NCBI GenBank assembly: GCA_973895155.1
Contig: OZ316892.1
Span: forward strand, 5,106,510 to 5,170,509
Direction: 5' to 3'
DNA length: 64,000 nucleotides
Source: Marsupella aquatica
Taxonomy: Eukaryota > Plantae > Marchantiophyta
Shown: in pieces, positions 50,113 through 64,000 of the stretch
How the letters are laid out: each line of letters opens with the position of its first letter
How positions within the stretch are numbered: position 1 is the first letter of the stretch
Program-made: the position numbers and the translations under genes
The notes under the pieces: generated by a model
Told to the model about the DNA's origin: nothing
Seen by the model: the letters and a program-made list of their open reading frames with translations, nothing else
Database searches by the model: none

Positions 50113-52043
50113 ATGTCGGTGAGCGAGCTCGCCGTCACGTATGCGGCTCTCATCCTCCACGACGATGGCATTCCCATCACAGTATCCTCCTCACCTGGCT
50201 ACGCATTGTGCATCCTCTTCGTGTCTGTTTTTGCTGCGGACTTTGCTTGATGTGGTGGGGTTTGACGGCGTCAGTCTTCTTGGTGTGCGGATTTATTTGC
50301 GCTTGTCTAAGGTGAGGGAGAACTGAAATTGGACGAAATGAGTCTGCTTTGGTGGAGCAGTTTCTGTTTGCTTCTTTCGTTGCAGTCCAAGCAAGCAAGA
50401 ACTTAAACTAATTGAGCTGCTTGCTTATAATGCAATATTTGGGGTTGTGGGTCTCTTGCCCTCAGCGGGTAAGCGTAAGCTAAAATTGTGGATATGACAT
50501 GTTCTGGAATATTAGGTCTCCTTCCCGAAAGAGAGTCTCGGGACAGTTATTCTCCTTCTCGTTACCAATACTTAGAGTGCCTATGACGATAAGTTTTCAG
50601 CTGATGGTTTCACCAGGTGTTGATTCTCACTCTTTGTCACTACCACTGAGGCACCTGCTAACTTCGCAAAGAATTGGAGTCTGGGAATTATCTTCTTGCT
50701 TCTTCTTAGTATGTGCAGTCGGCTGGAAAATAGGCCCGTTTCAATGAGAGCAATGTCCAGAATTGGTTGCGATAGAGCCTTTCGGATTCAAGAAATTCTG
50801 CTGTAACAGTGAATGATGACAATGGGCTTGCTCTTCCTACAGTTTTGCCTGTTACCGTCGGTTGTTGTCGGGAAATTGACACACCGCGCTGTATTTTGAG
50901 TAGGGAAAGTTTGAATTCCTCTCGTGAGTCTCCTAGTAGTCTGACGTAGGTCTCAGTCTGAGTATTGTACCATGACCATAGCCTAATTAGCAGGAATTCC
51001 TGCTAAGAATATAAAAAATGAAGTGTTGAACAAAGAATGAACTAAAGGTGAAGGAAGCTTGCGAGAAGAATGAAATACCAATTACAAATTATTTGATAAG
51101 AAATGATTGAACCTACGAATGAAGCTTTCCTATTATTTGATAAGAAATGAATGAACCTATGAATGAAACCTCTTCCAAGTAGCGGAAGAGAAGGGAGACA
51201 GTGATGAGTTTTTAGAACATTGTAGCGTATGCTACCAAAGAAGGGTTCCTTGACCTCTGGTTTAGAGCGAGAAACTTGCCACGTTAGTAAAGGCAGCTGG
51301 CGTGACCGTCGAGTCATACTGGCCCTCCCTCTTCGCCAAGCTGCTCGAGAAGGTCAGCGTGGAGGACCTGATCACCAACGTCGGTTCGGGTAAGGGTTCG
51401 TTTGCAACGTGCTTTGTTCACTCACTGCCGTCGACGTGGTATCATGTTGCTCATGGGAAGAGCTGGATCATGTCCTGAGCTTGGCCTAATTCATTCCACG
51501 CTTTTTGCAGGTGGAGGTGGTGCTGTCTCAGTGGGTGCTGCTCCAGCAGCTGCCTCAGGTGGGGCACCAGCCGCCGAGGAGAAGAAAGTAGAAGAGAAGG
51601 TACTAATTTGCACACCAATTGCCGTTCCTGGTTTGCCTTGCTACACTCTTAGATTTCTTTGCCCTGGTATAGCACTCCTCACGTGGATTACAGCCAGTCT
51701 TGGTATTACGTAAGGCATTTGGTGAGGATGCCTATGATTAGCGGAGGGCTGTCATGTGGTTTGCTGCGTAGAAGCGTCCCTGTGTCGATGTTGTCAAATA
51801 TTGCATGTTGGAAAGATCGAAACACTTTTCTCTATATCTGCTCATTGGAAATATTGCATGACTCCTAGCCTAGCTTTTCTTTTAATACATTCTTGAATTG
51901 CCCGTAGTGAAAATGCAGCTTCTAGAGGAAATGATTGGTTAGGGTTCTGTAGGTTGAAGTTCTGACAAGGTTTTTTTTGTATAAATTAGGTTGAGGAGAA
52001 GGAGGAGAGCGATGACGATATGGGCTTCAGCTTGTTCGATTAG
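50113..52043 (+). CDS. RPP1: 60S acidic ribosomal protein P1; exons 50113-50181, 51266-51389, 51511-51599, 51990-52043 (111 aa)
   Basis: [23 protein letters not shown] / [29 protein letters not shown]...NVGS / [14 protein letters not shown]...EEK / [21 protein letters not shown] introns, in frame. Confidence 0.96.
50577..50654 (+). ncRNA. Intronic box C/D snoRNA, probable guide for an 18S rRNA Am in GGUAGUGACAA (SNORD70/snoR17-like)
   Basis: Terminal stem GTGCC/GGCAC, box C ATGACGA (50583), D' CTGA (50601), box D CTGA (50646). An 11-nt guide TTGTCACTACC is complementary to conserved 18S GGUAGUGACAA, and the +5 rule points to the A of GGUAG. Confidence 0.8.
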
Positions 52044-53084
52044 TCTAGCCATTTTTTGTGATCTTCGAGGCAATACCTCTCGTGAGGGCTCATTTTTCCA
52101 CGGTGTATCTGAGATCCCATTGATGTACGAAGAGAGATAGGAATTACGACCGTGCATTTTTGTCTGCTGTCTAGTAATTTCATGTTTATAACAACACATT
52201 CAAGTGCTCAGTCAGTTTTGTTCATGTGTTGCGACGATGAAACTATCGTTTGCTGACCGGTTTCTTTTGCACTCGAAGTGAGAGGTCGTCTGACTGATCA
52301 CTCCGTCCCATTTTGGTTGAGTTGTTTGGGTTATTCCTCATTTCTCAACCAACGATTGATAAACTTACCCTGTAGCAGCAAATTGATGTCTGGAAAAGTT
52401 ATTGACGCAACTCTAGTCTTGCTTTTGGTAGCCAGTCATCACCAAAGCCAGTCGCATTCTCTATACGTGCCTGTGGTAGCCTGTCATCACCAAAGCTCTT
52501 GTGATTGATGAGCGTCAAACTAGATTGGCGGTGGTCTGCAACGACAATGTTTCACGTTATGCCCTCAAGACCCACTATACTGGGCGAGCTGTCGGCATCG
52601 GTAATACTGGTTCAGGCAAACCTGCCTGCTAAATCTGTTGTGGGGACAAAATGGTCATTTAGTCCTGTGAGGCTTAACCGAATTGAATACCAGGGCCCCC
52701 TGTGACTTTTGTTATCAAGGTGATATGAATGGAAGACTTCACGGCATGAAGGTAATGGTGCTTTCTTTGATTTCTTGTAATTTTGTCTAACAGAATTGGG
52801 TCTTATATGAGCTGGTTTGTTGTGGTCCACTCCAGTCATGCCTGTGTGGGTCTAGAGAATGCGACTGGCTTTGGTGATGACTGGCTACCACAGGAAGTAA
52901 CTATCAGGAAAGCATGGATAATGGTTTGAGAGTTGCCTTCGAGCTGCCTCCATAGCTCATGGATTGACTGAAGGAGAACTCTGGTGAGACTGCCATCCAG
53001 AAAAACTTCGAAGTAATGAGAGATACCAGACCTCTTCTCTCCTAGAAATAGGAGAAGCCTTCGGTAATTAAAGAAGGCTTTGAA

Positions 53085-53780
53085 TTCTGAAAATACATTA
53101 AAGGAGTAAATGGAACTTTCCAAAGGAGCTCCATTCTGAAAGCTCCATTCTGAAAATACTCCTTTGGAATGATAGGAAAGCTCCATTCTGAAAATACATT
53201 AAAGGAGCTCAAATGGAACTTCCTGTTTGCCAGAATGCTTGGAGGATAACAAAAGCTCAAATGGACCTCCATGCTTACTAAAATTCTCTGTGATACTTTG
53301 GCAACCAGGATGGACTGCAACAAAACCGACTATCGTGCTCAATACAGGACATGTTATATATATAGTGAAATGTGTAAAAGAAAACGAGTCATCCTTGGAT
53401 ACAGCACATTTTTAGCACATATTATGTACATAGTGAAATTTGGGAAGAAAATGAGTCATCCTTGGAAGCTCGCATGCCTCTCAATTCTCTATGAAACTCG
53501 GTACTCATACAGCACATATATAGATAGTGAAATGAGGGAAATCAGTCATCCTGGCCTCTAAATATGAAACTTGGTGTAATCAAGCTCATTGGAACTCCAT
53601 GCTTGCCAAATTTCTCAGATTTACTTCAGCACCCTGGTGGACTGCAACAAAACCCTCTATCATGCTCATACAGCACATATTATATAGATGAGTGAAATGT
53701 GGGAAGAAATCAAGCCATCCTTGGAAATTTGCAGGCCACTCAATTCTCTATGAAACTTGATGACAACAAGCTCATTGGAA
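53085..53780. repeat. Cluster of short and ~330-bp diverged direct repeats
   Basis: TTCTGAAAATACATTAAAGGAG x2, AGCTCCATTCTGAAA x3, TGGACTGCAACAAAACC x2, ATACAGCACAT x3. Confidence 0.75.
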
Positions 53781-54455
53781 AGATCTTTCCAAAATGTTTC
53801 TCATGAACCCAAAAGTCCAGATTAAATTGCATATTGAGGAGATACTGGGTGTCATACTGAATATGTTAACAATGAGTGATGCACTAATCTTGAGATATTC
53901 ATAACTCACAATCCTTAGAGAAATTAGAGATATTAAAGTTTGTTGGAAGACTTTCTGAATACAATAACAAAGTGACTAAGGAATCTTAAGAAATCCAGAA
54001 CTCTCCCCATTCTTAGAGAAATTAGAAATATTAGACTCTGTTGGAAAGATATTACAACCCGTTCTAAGGAGCCCAAGAAGTGCAAGACATCAAAGGGAAA
54101 TATTGGAAGTCAAAATTGTTGCTGAAGATTTTTAGGAAACAATTAAGGTGTCAATGAGTGAAAGGTGTGAAAAGGGTTTACTTGCAGTTCTTCGGGGTTC
54201 CATGTTTCACAGGCTAGGTGGATGGGAGCATCATGTTCTCTCTCTTGTTACAGCTTCTTTTAATTATGTTTTCATGTTCAATGCATACCAGATTGCAGAT
54301 TGTTCCTTTCTGATAATATTCCCCTTTTCTGTGAAAGCAACTTACAAGTGAAGTACATACACCCATAGTGTTCCTTTCTAATTGTAATCTATATCTTACT
54401 TAATCAACCGACAATTTGAGTATCTGACCCCATAGCCCAAGGGCAAAGGTCACCA

Positions 54456-54928
54456 AATCGAGCTCTTCCCATGATATACCTCAAAACTTATATGACTTCA
54501 TCTCCATGTGTCTCACGAGGTAGAAATCTCACGTTAGCTACAGGAGTCTAATTTTTTCATTCATTAGAAGACGATGCAACCAGAGCCCAGGGAAGCACTT
54601 TCTAATAATTTGAAAGGTGACCAAAATTTCATGTCCATTTGTCTCACAAGGTGTAAATCTCACTTTAGCTACAGAAGACTTTCTTATCTCAATCGAGCTC
54701 TTCCCATGATATACCTCAAAACTTATATGACTTCATCTCCATGTGTCTCACGAGGTAGAATCTCACGTTAGCTACAGGAGTCTAATTTTTTCATTCATTA
54801 GAAGACGATGCAACCAGAGCCCAGGGAAGCACTTTCTAATAATTTGAAAGGTGACCAAAATTTCATGTCCATTTGTCTCACAAGGTGTAAATCTCACTTT
54901 AGCTACAGAAGACTTTCTTATCTCAATC
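54456..54928. repeat. Near-perfect 235/234-bp tandem duplication
   Basis: AATCGAGCTCTTCCCATG... at 54456 and 54691; only a 1-nt indel seen. Confidence 0.95.
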
Positions 54929-56399
54929 ACTAGAAGACGAGAACGTCCTTGTTTAATTTTCTGGCTCAATCTGTGGAAGTTATCCACATCTCAATCACTA
55001 CCGCACTAGACAATAATTTTATTGCTCAACGAACTGGCTCAAGGCTCAGAAGACAGAAGCAGACACCAAGTTTTTGAGTACAATTCTACAGTCTCCTGCA
55101 ATGGATTAGGTACGGCACGAGTAGGGCACACAGTTGCTTTTGCAGCTGGACAGAAATTCCTTCCATTCACTAGAAAACGAGGATTTCCTTCCTGTCAACG
55201 AACTCCTTAATTTCTCTCCAGCAGACTTGACTTTGCACTCAGAAATGAATGCTGAACTTGAAGCCCCCTAATAAAGGCTCTGGGTACTGTGTCCTTCACC
55301 AACTCTTTATTCCCTCTCCTTTTCTCCTTTTTCCATGTGCATTATTATGTTTCTTGATTTTAGACGCGCATCTTTCATGACCCTCATTGCTTCAGGAATG
55401 CCTCAAGTTCGTTTTCTTCCTTGTGTTAAATTAAAATTATAGCCAAAGATGACAGTCAGGTTTTTTTAATTACTTGCGTTTTGATGCCATAGTAATTATT
55501 ATCGTTATACCACATCTATTCTAACGATATAAGTTCATTCAAAGTAAAACCTGATTTCAAGTAGGATCCAAGTCCGGAAGAGAGTGGCAATCACCCAACT
55601 TTTACACCTGTGAAAAAAATGGTAAATTTATTGTAGGGTAATCCACCAAGGGGTTCTGGGATGTAATCCCCAATAACGGTGAGCCCAAGGGGGTTACAGC
55701 CATGGCCCTTGAGTGTAAATGTATCAAGCATAAGCCCTGAGTCTAGTTTCACTCTCTATGTGACCTGAAATTCTATGATTTATGAGTTATACACCCCCGC
55801 CCCTATATATAGATCACAATGTTTGTCAAGATACGTTCATTGTAGGATGGGCAAACCTGCATGGACTGTTCTGAATAGTCATTGTTAAGTCACATAACAT
55901 CTCAGCTTCCTTTGTATAGAAATTTATTCTTTTTGGGTGTGAAAAAACTGCTTGCTCTATGGGAATCCTAAGTCAAACATAATGGTCCATCCCAGCCAGC
56001 ATTATTCTTTAGTGCAAATTTTCGCCAAATTCCACTCACTAAAAATTTGACAGGCTTTTTGTCTCATTTAGCCAGTTCCTGATGGTTATCCTTAATTCTA
56101 GGTAGACCTAAACACAATAATTAATCTAGAGAAACTAAATAAGGAATATTCTTAGTTTCTTTTACTCTTCCCAAGATGACATTATACACCGTGGCTAACA
56201 AAGAAACACCTTGAAAATGTTCCCAGCATCAGCATCAACTTCCAAGCCCTGGGGATGACATCACTAAATTGTAATGAAATACTTTTAATTTTCAAGCCTG
56301 GGGATGTAATCAATAACTTGTAATGAAAATCTCTCCAATTTTTGGTGTTTCCATTATACAGTTACCACCTAGCCATAGACCCATCCCCAGACCCATAAC

Positions 56400-56700
56400 C
56401 TAGAATTTAACAGATTTCCTTAAATCTAGGGGGATCTGACTGTCAAATTAATAGGAAACTTTGCCACGGACCCGATTACCTATTTAACAGATTTCCTTAA
56501 ATCTAGGGGGATCTGACTGTCAAATTAATAGAAAAATTAGCACAGACCCCGTCGCCTACAATTAACAGATTTCCTTAAATCTAGGGGTATCTGAGTGTCA
56601 CATTAATACGAAAATTAGCCACAGACCCCATCACCTAGAATTTAACAGATTTCCTTAAATCTAGGGGGATCTGACTGTCAAACTAACAGGAAAATTAGAT
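56400..56700. repeat. 77-79-bp tandem array, 4 units
   Basis: TTAACAGATTTCCTTAAATCTAGGGG-ATCTGA at ~56407, 56484, 56562 and 56642. Confidence 0.93.
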
Positions 56701-59700
56701 AAATAATATTGCTTGGATCTCACCTTAAAAAATTAGGCTGATGTACAGTTCTGTACTGTGGTAGATGATTGTACACAGTGCGTGATACGTATGAGTGATT
56801 GATTGCTACCGATCGACGTGATTGCGTGCGTTAGAATTCCGGGAGAAAAATTAGTGGAGAATGTTACGCGTCCATGTCAAATCTGTGTGCGTGCCCATCG
56901 ATTGATTTTGCCTATCTGCCTCCTTTCATCCTTCGGTTGACCTGCTGACTGTGAGAGGTGATGACGTGAAGTTGTCGGGATAAGCTTGCTCTCCTTTGGA
57001 ATCCACCATTGGAATCCAAAATCTAGGAATGTTTCCCGCAATTCCAGGCGTGTCGGTCGTCCTCCCTTCCCCTGATCTCCTCCTTGCCCCACTTACTCAG
57101 GTATTTCCGGGCATGGATTTGGGCCCTGTGGTCCTGGAAGTACACAACCGCACATGGCTGCGAGAGCACTTCACTTGTTTCGGAAAAAGTGAAGACATGG
57201 ATGGCGCTAGAGTTTTCGACATCCTCAATCCCTGACTCTATCAAGTAAGCCTTGGAATGGGAGGAATTTACAGCTTACCATTCACAGGGTGTTCGATTGT
57301 GGGTCGTTTTTTTATTTTGGCGCTGACGGAGTTATTTCATCCGCACTGTTATGTGGGTCTTTAGATTTTTCGCTTTCTGTGAAATGATGGATCTTCTGCT
57401 TCTTGTTCGTCACGCGAAAGACGATAGAATACGAAACGAATGAGGTGGAGAGATGCAAGATGTCCGTCACACGCTTTTGCAATCGTGGGTCTTTTGTTGT
57501 TCTGACATTGACGGTACTGTGGTCTGTTGATTCTTTGCTGCTGTAATTTGATTGATCTTTATCTAAGCTTCGGTCTGCACAGCCGAAAGAGAATAGAATA
57601 CAACAGGAATGAGCGGATGGATGGATGTAACAGATTGTGCAAGTGAGGAGTGGGACCCTGCGGAGGGAACAACAAAATGCATGAATGATAGCACATTTAC
57701 GTTGGATAGCGGCTGTAGTCCTGTAGCTGGAGCGGAATGCACAACAATATGCGACATGAGCGGCAGACAGGAGTCAAACAACGTGGAACCAGTCGTTGAA
57801 AGTAGGTTCAACTTTGGTGGAAAGTGGGGCCGGTTTTATGCCTACGATATGAGAGTCTAACTCCTTGTTCGGTTCCTGGGGTGTTTGTCATATCTCTTCA
57901 CATGTCAATGATTTGTACACCTTTTACAAGATTGCGATTCTATTGCATATGCCGGGAGAGATGAGGATGATCCTTGCCAGACACTGGGTCAGGATGTGCA
58001 GTGAACATGTTCAGTTTTATCACTGTAGCACTCAGACACAGGTAACTCAAATTAAATGCTTCGTAGACTCCAGTCAGGTTCCACATTGTCCGAGGACTAT
58101 CAGCAGAATTAACAATACCCCTAATCGGTGGCGACAGGGGAGTAAAGTTTGAACTCACAGTCTTGGTCTTTGAGAAAGCTCGAGATAAGCTACTGTTCCA
58201 GGAGAAAGCTTTATCCACCACCCATGAAAGTGAAGTCATGTATCCCCGGGGGCCAAAGCGTCCATGAGACAGCTTTCGTTCGTAAGCAAGGTAGGAGTAG
58301 AGACAAAGCAGGTTTAATTTTTTTCCACTTGACGACTTTCGGCCACTTTGTAGAGACTCAGTTCATGCATTTTACATGAATTGGAGTAGTGGGTTGGCAA
58401 TCGGCTTACGGCCGGGGTAAATCTTAAAAGAGAGAATCTCAAAAGAGACCTTTGGCAAATCTGTACATCTCGGAGTCCTTGTGACACCAGCTCACTCCTT
58501 AGGTATGTAAGAACTTCTAAATTTGGCTTCACTTTCCCTTTTAGGTCGCTCTTTCCGACAAGTACTGTACCCACGTCTAAGATTCAGCTGCTCACAAATT
58601 CTCCAGCTTGGTACTTCAGAATTTTTGTGGAGACTTCGTCCCCACCAGTGAGTCAAGAGGCGCTCTCTAGGATCCCAAGCCGCAAGATATGTACTGTCAC
58701 CTACTGGGAGATCATTCAAAGCCTAGGGTTGATACAAAGTGCCCACTATGTCACAATCGATGCAGGGTGCAATCGAAGTCACTCTTCAAAAGATCTCCAC
58801 ATAACTGATTCACGAGAACTCTTTCAAAGTACACGGCTCCCGAAGAGGCAAATGTTACTTAGTACAAAAGTGTTGCGGTGCCAGAAAAGAATGGACTGAC
58901 AAAAGGAAGGATGGGTATCTACTACTGCAACTGGTGTCCCCCCCGATAAATTCATGCTACTTGGGGTCTGGTGGATTTGAGGGGTTAGAGTCTCTCTCAT
59001 CCATTACAAGTAGGCACATGGTTTGGGGATTTGAGTCATTTCTCTTTATTTCTTCCTCCTCGCTTTCCCACCTATAGTGGCAGCACTTAGTTTGGGGTTT
59101 CGAGCACTCTATCTCGCTGTGCTCCACAACAGCCTCGGAATTTGAGATCTCTCTGTGTCTCTCTCATCAACAAGATTAGACGCACTGCAGTTTCCTTCAC
59201 ATATATTTGGTCAGAGTGGAAGGATTCCTAAAAACCCTTTCCAACAAATCGATGGTTGTGGGAAGAACTGTCCGAATAACCTTGTCAGATTCTTACCTTT
59301 GACCTTTGTCCCTCTTTCTGTCTCAGGCTTTCTCGTCCACTATCAGGCATTCTCATCCACTATGTTGAAGGTTAAACTTCCCAGTTGGGAAATGATTTGG
59401 TTGCTGGGCTATCTCATCCACACCTGTAGGCTAAAGCTTTCCAGACAAGCATCATCAAGTTGCTCTGGAAATCTGGAAGCAGCCTAGTGAACGGGCCCAC
59501 ACAGAGAGAGGGATAGATCAAAATTCCAGAAGGACGTCAATCCATCCATCCAGACAGATGCACCACATGGGTGACACTTTTGAGAACAAATAAGCTTCCG
59601 TGGGGCCCCTGGCGGGGCACCATCTTGATGTTTCTCACGTATTCCAAGTGTGGCCGTGCGAAAAACTCCTCTCTCCCAAGCCAAGCATGCAAAGTACGTC

Positions 59701-61652
59701 TTCACCAATGGCTACCAGGTGGGTGATACTGTTGCCTGTTGGTGTGCTATTCACTTCAAAAACGGACCGTCACAAGTTGTTGCACATCAATCACATCACT
59801 GTAAGGTTTTCAGTTGCTACATTGCACTTCAGGTTGAATCTGTTGGCTACTTTGCAAAAAGGAAACAACAGAAACAGAACACATTTATCTGCTGAAAATC
59901 AGGTCAATGAATGGATCACTTCACTGGTTCCGAGTCCTCCGTTTGCATTCCATGGTGGCTCGTGAGTTTTATGGCATGGCCCGGGACCACAGACCTCTCA
60001 CCCTCACAGACATTGATGGCAGGGGTGAATGATTCGTGGTAAGGAAATGGGAATCATCTACTCGCAGGTGGAAAAGCTGAATGAAATGTAGAAAAAACTT
60101 GCAATCACTCGCTCATCATTCGGGCAATTGTTTACCTGGAGAAAGAACGACAAACACACGAAGCACAAAAGCCTTCCCATGGCTCCGTGAATCATATCTA
60201 TTATTGTGCACAAGTAAACAACACAGCCAGACACCCCGACCTACTGTATGGAAATTAAGAGCCATAAACCCTGGTTTTAGACTATACCAGACCCCCCATC
60301 CAACACTCACCTGAACTGGGATATTGAGTACATTTGTTCTACCCCCCCCCCCCCCCCCCTCCTTCTCTCACTTTATCAATTGGAGAGGGTGAGCTTGGAC
60401 AAATTATGAGACTCGGCTTGTCCCAAGACCAATTACCTGTCATCTTGGGCTTGTCTAGTCTGGTTAAGCCACCCACATACAAGATGCGGGGAAATCCAGT
60501 AATTGAATTAGTTTGAATTGTGATCAGGATAGTAAATTAGACTAGTTTCGGGGACAGTTTAGGGTATAAATAAATTCTTATAAACAAACCAAAACCCTCT
60601 TCTCAATGGTCAATGGCTCAGTTTTCTACCAGTGATTAGAGTTGTGCATTGAAGAACCGGATGAAATGAAGGCGATTACAAGTGTTAGTCCAAAAAATGA
60701 GTAACCTTAAATTCTCACACCAACACAGATTGATTTGTGAAACTCAGAAGTTCAGGGGGGCAATGCTGTGAATGCAAACTAAGTTGTCTCATTTTGGTTG
60801 TCTCATTCTGCTCCAGCAGAACTCCTGGTGACTACGAGTGGGGCACATCCCAAAGCCAAGCCCTAAAACTGGCAGTTTCAACCCCTATTCAAATCCTGAG
60901 TAGGTCAACTGAGAACTGACACTCAAACTCGCCCTGGATCCATGCCTAAATAATAGTTGACTCACCCTGACTTGCTCACATTAGATTAAATTCCACAGGT
61001 ATGTACTCCTTTTAAAATAATCAAGACTGTAGAGACTCTTTTGAAATAATCAACTTGCCAGGCTGTGAATATTTCTTTTGTAGTAAATATCTCTAAAGCT
61101 TTTTGTCATTTTATAAAGGGGAGACGGCTGAAAGCAAACCATGCAACTGGCTTTAGGAGGAGAAACTCATGTTTTATATTTTAGATATAGTTCCTAAACT
61201 ATTGCAACACTTGTGGCGCACACGTATAGTGCAGGAGACAATTTGGACCACAACCCAGAGCTGAAAGTAGACCAAAAGTGTCTGATTGGGATATAATTTG
61301 GCCACAGGTCACCCTGGCCATTTGAGCTGACCACCAGGTACTATTCAAGTGGGATAGAGGCATTACATTGAACCCAGAAAAAACCTGCCAACTGGAAGAG
61401 AGACAGGATCTGAGAGGCAGGGACCCAATTAATTGGACAACACAAAAGGAAAATCCATGGAAGAACAAAGAGCCAAAAAGCCAGGTAGTCCCCTACAACT
61501 ACAAAGGCACTTGCAGTCTAGTAAGTAACAAACTGAAAAGCCTGACAATGCCCCAGTAAACTGCATAGGAGGGTGTTACCCCAACAACCCACGAAGGTGA
61601 AATTCAAGTGGGCAAAGAGTCCAGACAGGCCACAGAAAGGTTTACATAAATC

Positions 61653-61880
61653 AATATCATATTGTAAAATACAGCATGAATTCTACATCAAACTTTTTGA
61701 ATTAACTGTTTCTGGTCCCTGCTCCTAAAAGGCTAAAAATGAACTATACGTGGGGATGGGATAGTAAAATATCATATTGTAAAATACAGTCTGAATTCAC
61801 CCAGTTCTACTTGAAACTTTTTGCATGAACTTTCTCTGGTCCATGCTCCTAAAAATGAACTATACGTGGGGATAGGATAG
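61653..61880. repeat. ~115-bp diverged tandem duplication
   Basis: AATATCATATTGTAAAATACAG...AAAATGAACTATACGTGGGGAT occurs twice. Confidence 0.85.
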
Positions 61881-62379
61881 GACACTTACCAATAGGCAAA
61901 TCGTGTAACAAACAAGGTGACAACGGGGGCTGGGGGTGGGTGGCGCACATCACCACATCACAGTCATGTGAAGAGCCCTGTCCTCTGAATTCTGGAGGAC
62001 ATGGGTTGCCACCTATTCAGAGTTTCAGACCAACATGACAAACAAGTGAGACAAGGTCCATGACACAATTCTGAAAGACCTGAACTCCTTGGGGAATTTG
62101 GAGACACGGGACACGAAGGTCCATGTGCAGCCCCGTGGGACAGGCCAGAGGGCTCTTACAATGTACAAGGATTAGGGGACAAGAGGCTGGGCCATGTGGT
62201 TCCAGTACTGAGTCCAGGCAGGGTCTCCATCTAACGGCCATTGATGAGATGGGTCTGGGAATCCAGGGTCGAGATATACCCTATGTTGGGGAACGCACCT
62301 CCAGCACCGTCGATGATGGATCCCATTTGTGACAGCTCCATTGAGGATACTCCAGGTGTGTCCTTCTCACCACTTGGAA

Positions 62380-63050
62380 TTTTGACCAAGCTGCCAGGAG
62401 GAATTAATGTACTATTCCATACTGTCGTCTACCATTTTGAGTCGCTTCTGGAATCTAAGAAAACTATTCAATCCCTATGTCGAACTCCAAAAACCCTGGT
62501 CATTTTACTATTACTTTGTCTTAGAGTGTTCAGTTTTGGGTTTCTTTTGGGGGAGGGATGGGAAACCATGCCCAAGATTGCAATGCCACACAACTGGCCG
62601 CACATCCGGCTTGCCAGCGTGGGTACTGGAAAACCCTTCTGATTATTAGGCAAATAAGAGAAAATATGTGACCCAGATCCCCAAGCCCAAGCAATTTTGA
62701 CATATTGGTTTGCTCGAGTTTTCAAGACAGGAACAAGCATAACAAATGTTGCAGCAGCAAATGATTTGCTATTGGACCTAATACCAAATACCAAGGTGAG
62801 AGCAATTCTTTGGGGGTGGCTGTGCGTAGCCCACGACTCTTCTCTTTGCCTGTATTTTCACGAATGCAATTCAACCCTCTAGTTTGCTTGGATGGCAGTT
62901 CGAGATACACCAATCTGCTGGAGAGTCCCTTCGGGGAGAATTGCCACAAATGTGACCCACCAACCCATACTAGAAAACCGATCAGTGCAAAATGGCAGGT
63001 TGGACTTTTTGGGTGCAAAGGAATTTAGTACTCCAACCGGGTTCCAGCCT
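62380..63050 (+). mobile_element. Possible highly decayed L1-type LINE fragment (post-RT region)
   Basis: Weak motif remnants LPGGINVLFH..YH, FFWGRDG, PKIA; heavily disrupted. Confidence 0.25.
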
Positions 63051-64000
63051 GAAACACAGCATTGCAATTGATTTTGACACTATGTGTAAAGAGTGGTATC
63101 ACAGCAAAGCTAAATATTTTCTCGTCATTCATCTGAGTTGTGTTCCTCTATCCGTACATTTTTGCAAACCTGGTGGCCCATCAAATGAATGCTCTCTTTC
63201 TCCAACTCCCCCTAAGGATTTGGCCAAAATCTCTTCCCGCCACCCCCCCCCCCCCCCCCCCCTCTCAACAGGGAACAAAAACAGTGGAGTAGGTTGAGAT
63301 AGGGAGTTTGAGAGACGGGCTTTGAGGCGTCTCTTGCAGTTAAGTGTTAACATTAATATGGGCTGTGCTGGTCTCCCTGGCTTGACTTCTTGTCCTTTGC
63401 AATAAGGGTTGGGGAGGGAGGGTCTTTCATAAAGCAAAACTAACTAAGGTAAAATTCGAACTAAAAACAATTGAAAAACAACCCCCGCCCCCTTCAAACC
63501 AACTTAAAAAGCACACCAAAAAAATTCCAAAAACCACTGGAGGGCATGTATATGGTTAAGGACAGGAGCTGTTCCTTAATGGGATATAAAGGCGACCGTA
63601 TATGGTCGACCCGCGTATGCGGGGAGACCGTATTCGGGAGACTTTATATCCCATTTAAGGGACGGGCTCCTGTCCTTAGCAAAACGTTAAGTGTTAGAGT
63701 GATACCCCTGATTTGATGCGGACTGTATGGAAGTAGCTGAGGACCTCAATAAGTGGCTGCCACTGTGATGATTCTCCTGTACAGACCTCGATGCAACACA
63801 ATTTTACTGGCTGTAATTTTCTTTGCATATTCGTCAACACAATCTGGCATTCTAAATTTTGAGTTGTGAATCAACGTCAGCTCTTACGTTCTCATCTCTT
63901 CGACTTCAGTACTTTCTTGATAAAGACGTCCCGCATTTGCTGATGTGTTTCTTTGCTCGAGGGAATGTGAGATTGGAGTTTTGCCAAATCAATCCTTATC

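Noticed and set aside
58600-59900. Minus-strand L1 LINE C-terminal remnant
   Set aside because: Only faint Trp-rich motif hints (K*IAH...W*PLVKTYF); too degraded to support as a feature.

Overview
Eukaryotic, intron-containing land-plant DNA. A hydrolase-NB-ARC-LRR gene points to a liverwort or other bryophyte (inference). The left 37 kb is a nest of mobile elements. (1) A decayed Tnt1-like Ty1/copia element occupies 1-~3.2 kb. (2) A ~12.8 kb element at 3690-16528 is bounded by imperfect terminal inverted repeats. Its + strand encodes a disrupted Sola-like DDD transposase with three TNP1-like repeats. Its divergent - strand encodes a disrupted multi-exon cargo gene with ParB-like, beta-class DNA amino-methyltransferase-like and FCP1/HAD phosphatase-like domains, and each transcription unit carries its own array of palindromic repeats. 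(3) Further along are a solo LTR, a nearly intact CRE-clade non-LTR retrotransposon, an alpha/beta-hydrolase-NLR pseudogene, a pogo-like MITE, a fungal-type FucP sugar-transporter pseudogene and two copia remnants with inverted LTRs. The right half holds two intact host genes, an alpha-expansin (-) and 60S acidic ribosomal protein P1 (+) with an intronic box C/D snoRNA. Tandem duplications and weak LINE debris follow. All domain calls come from motif recognition by eye; no searches were run.
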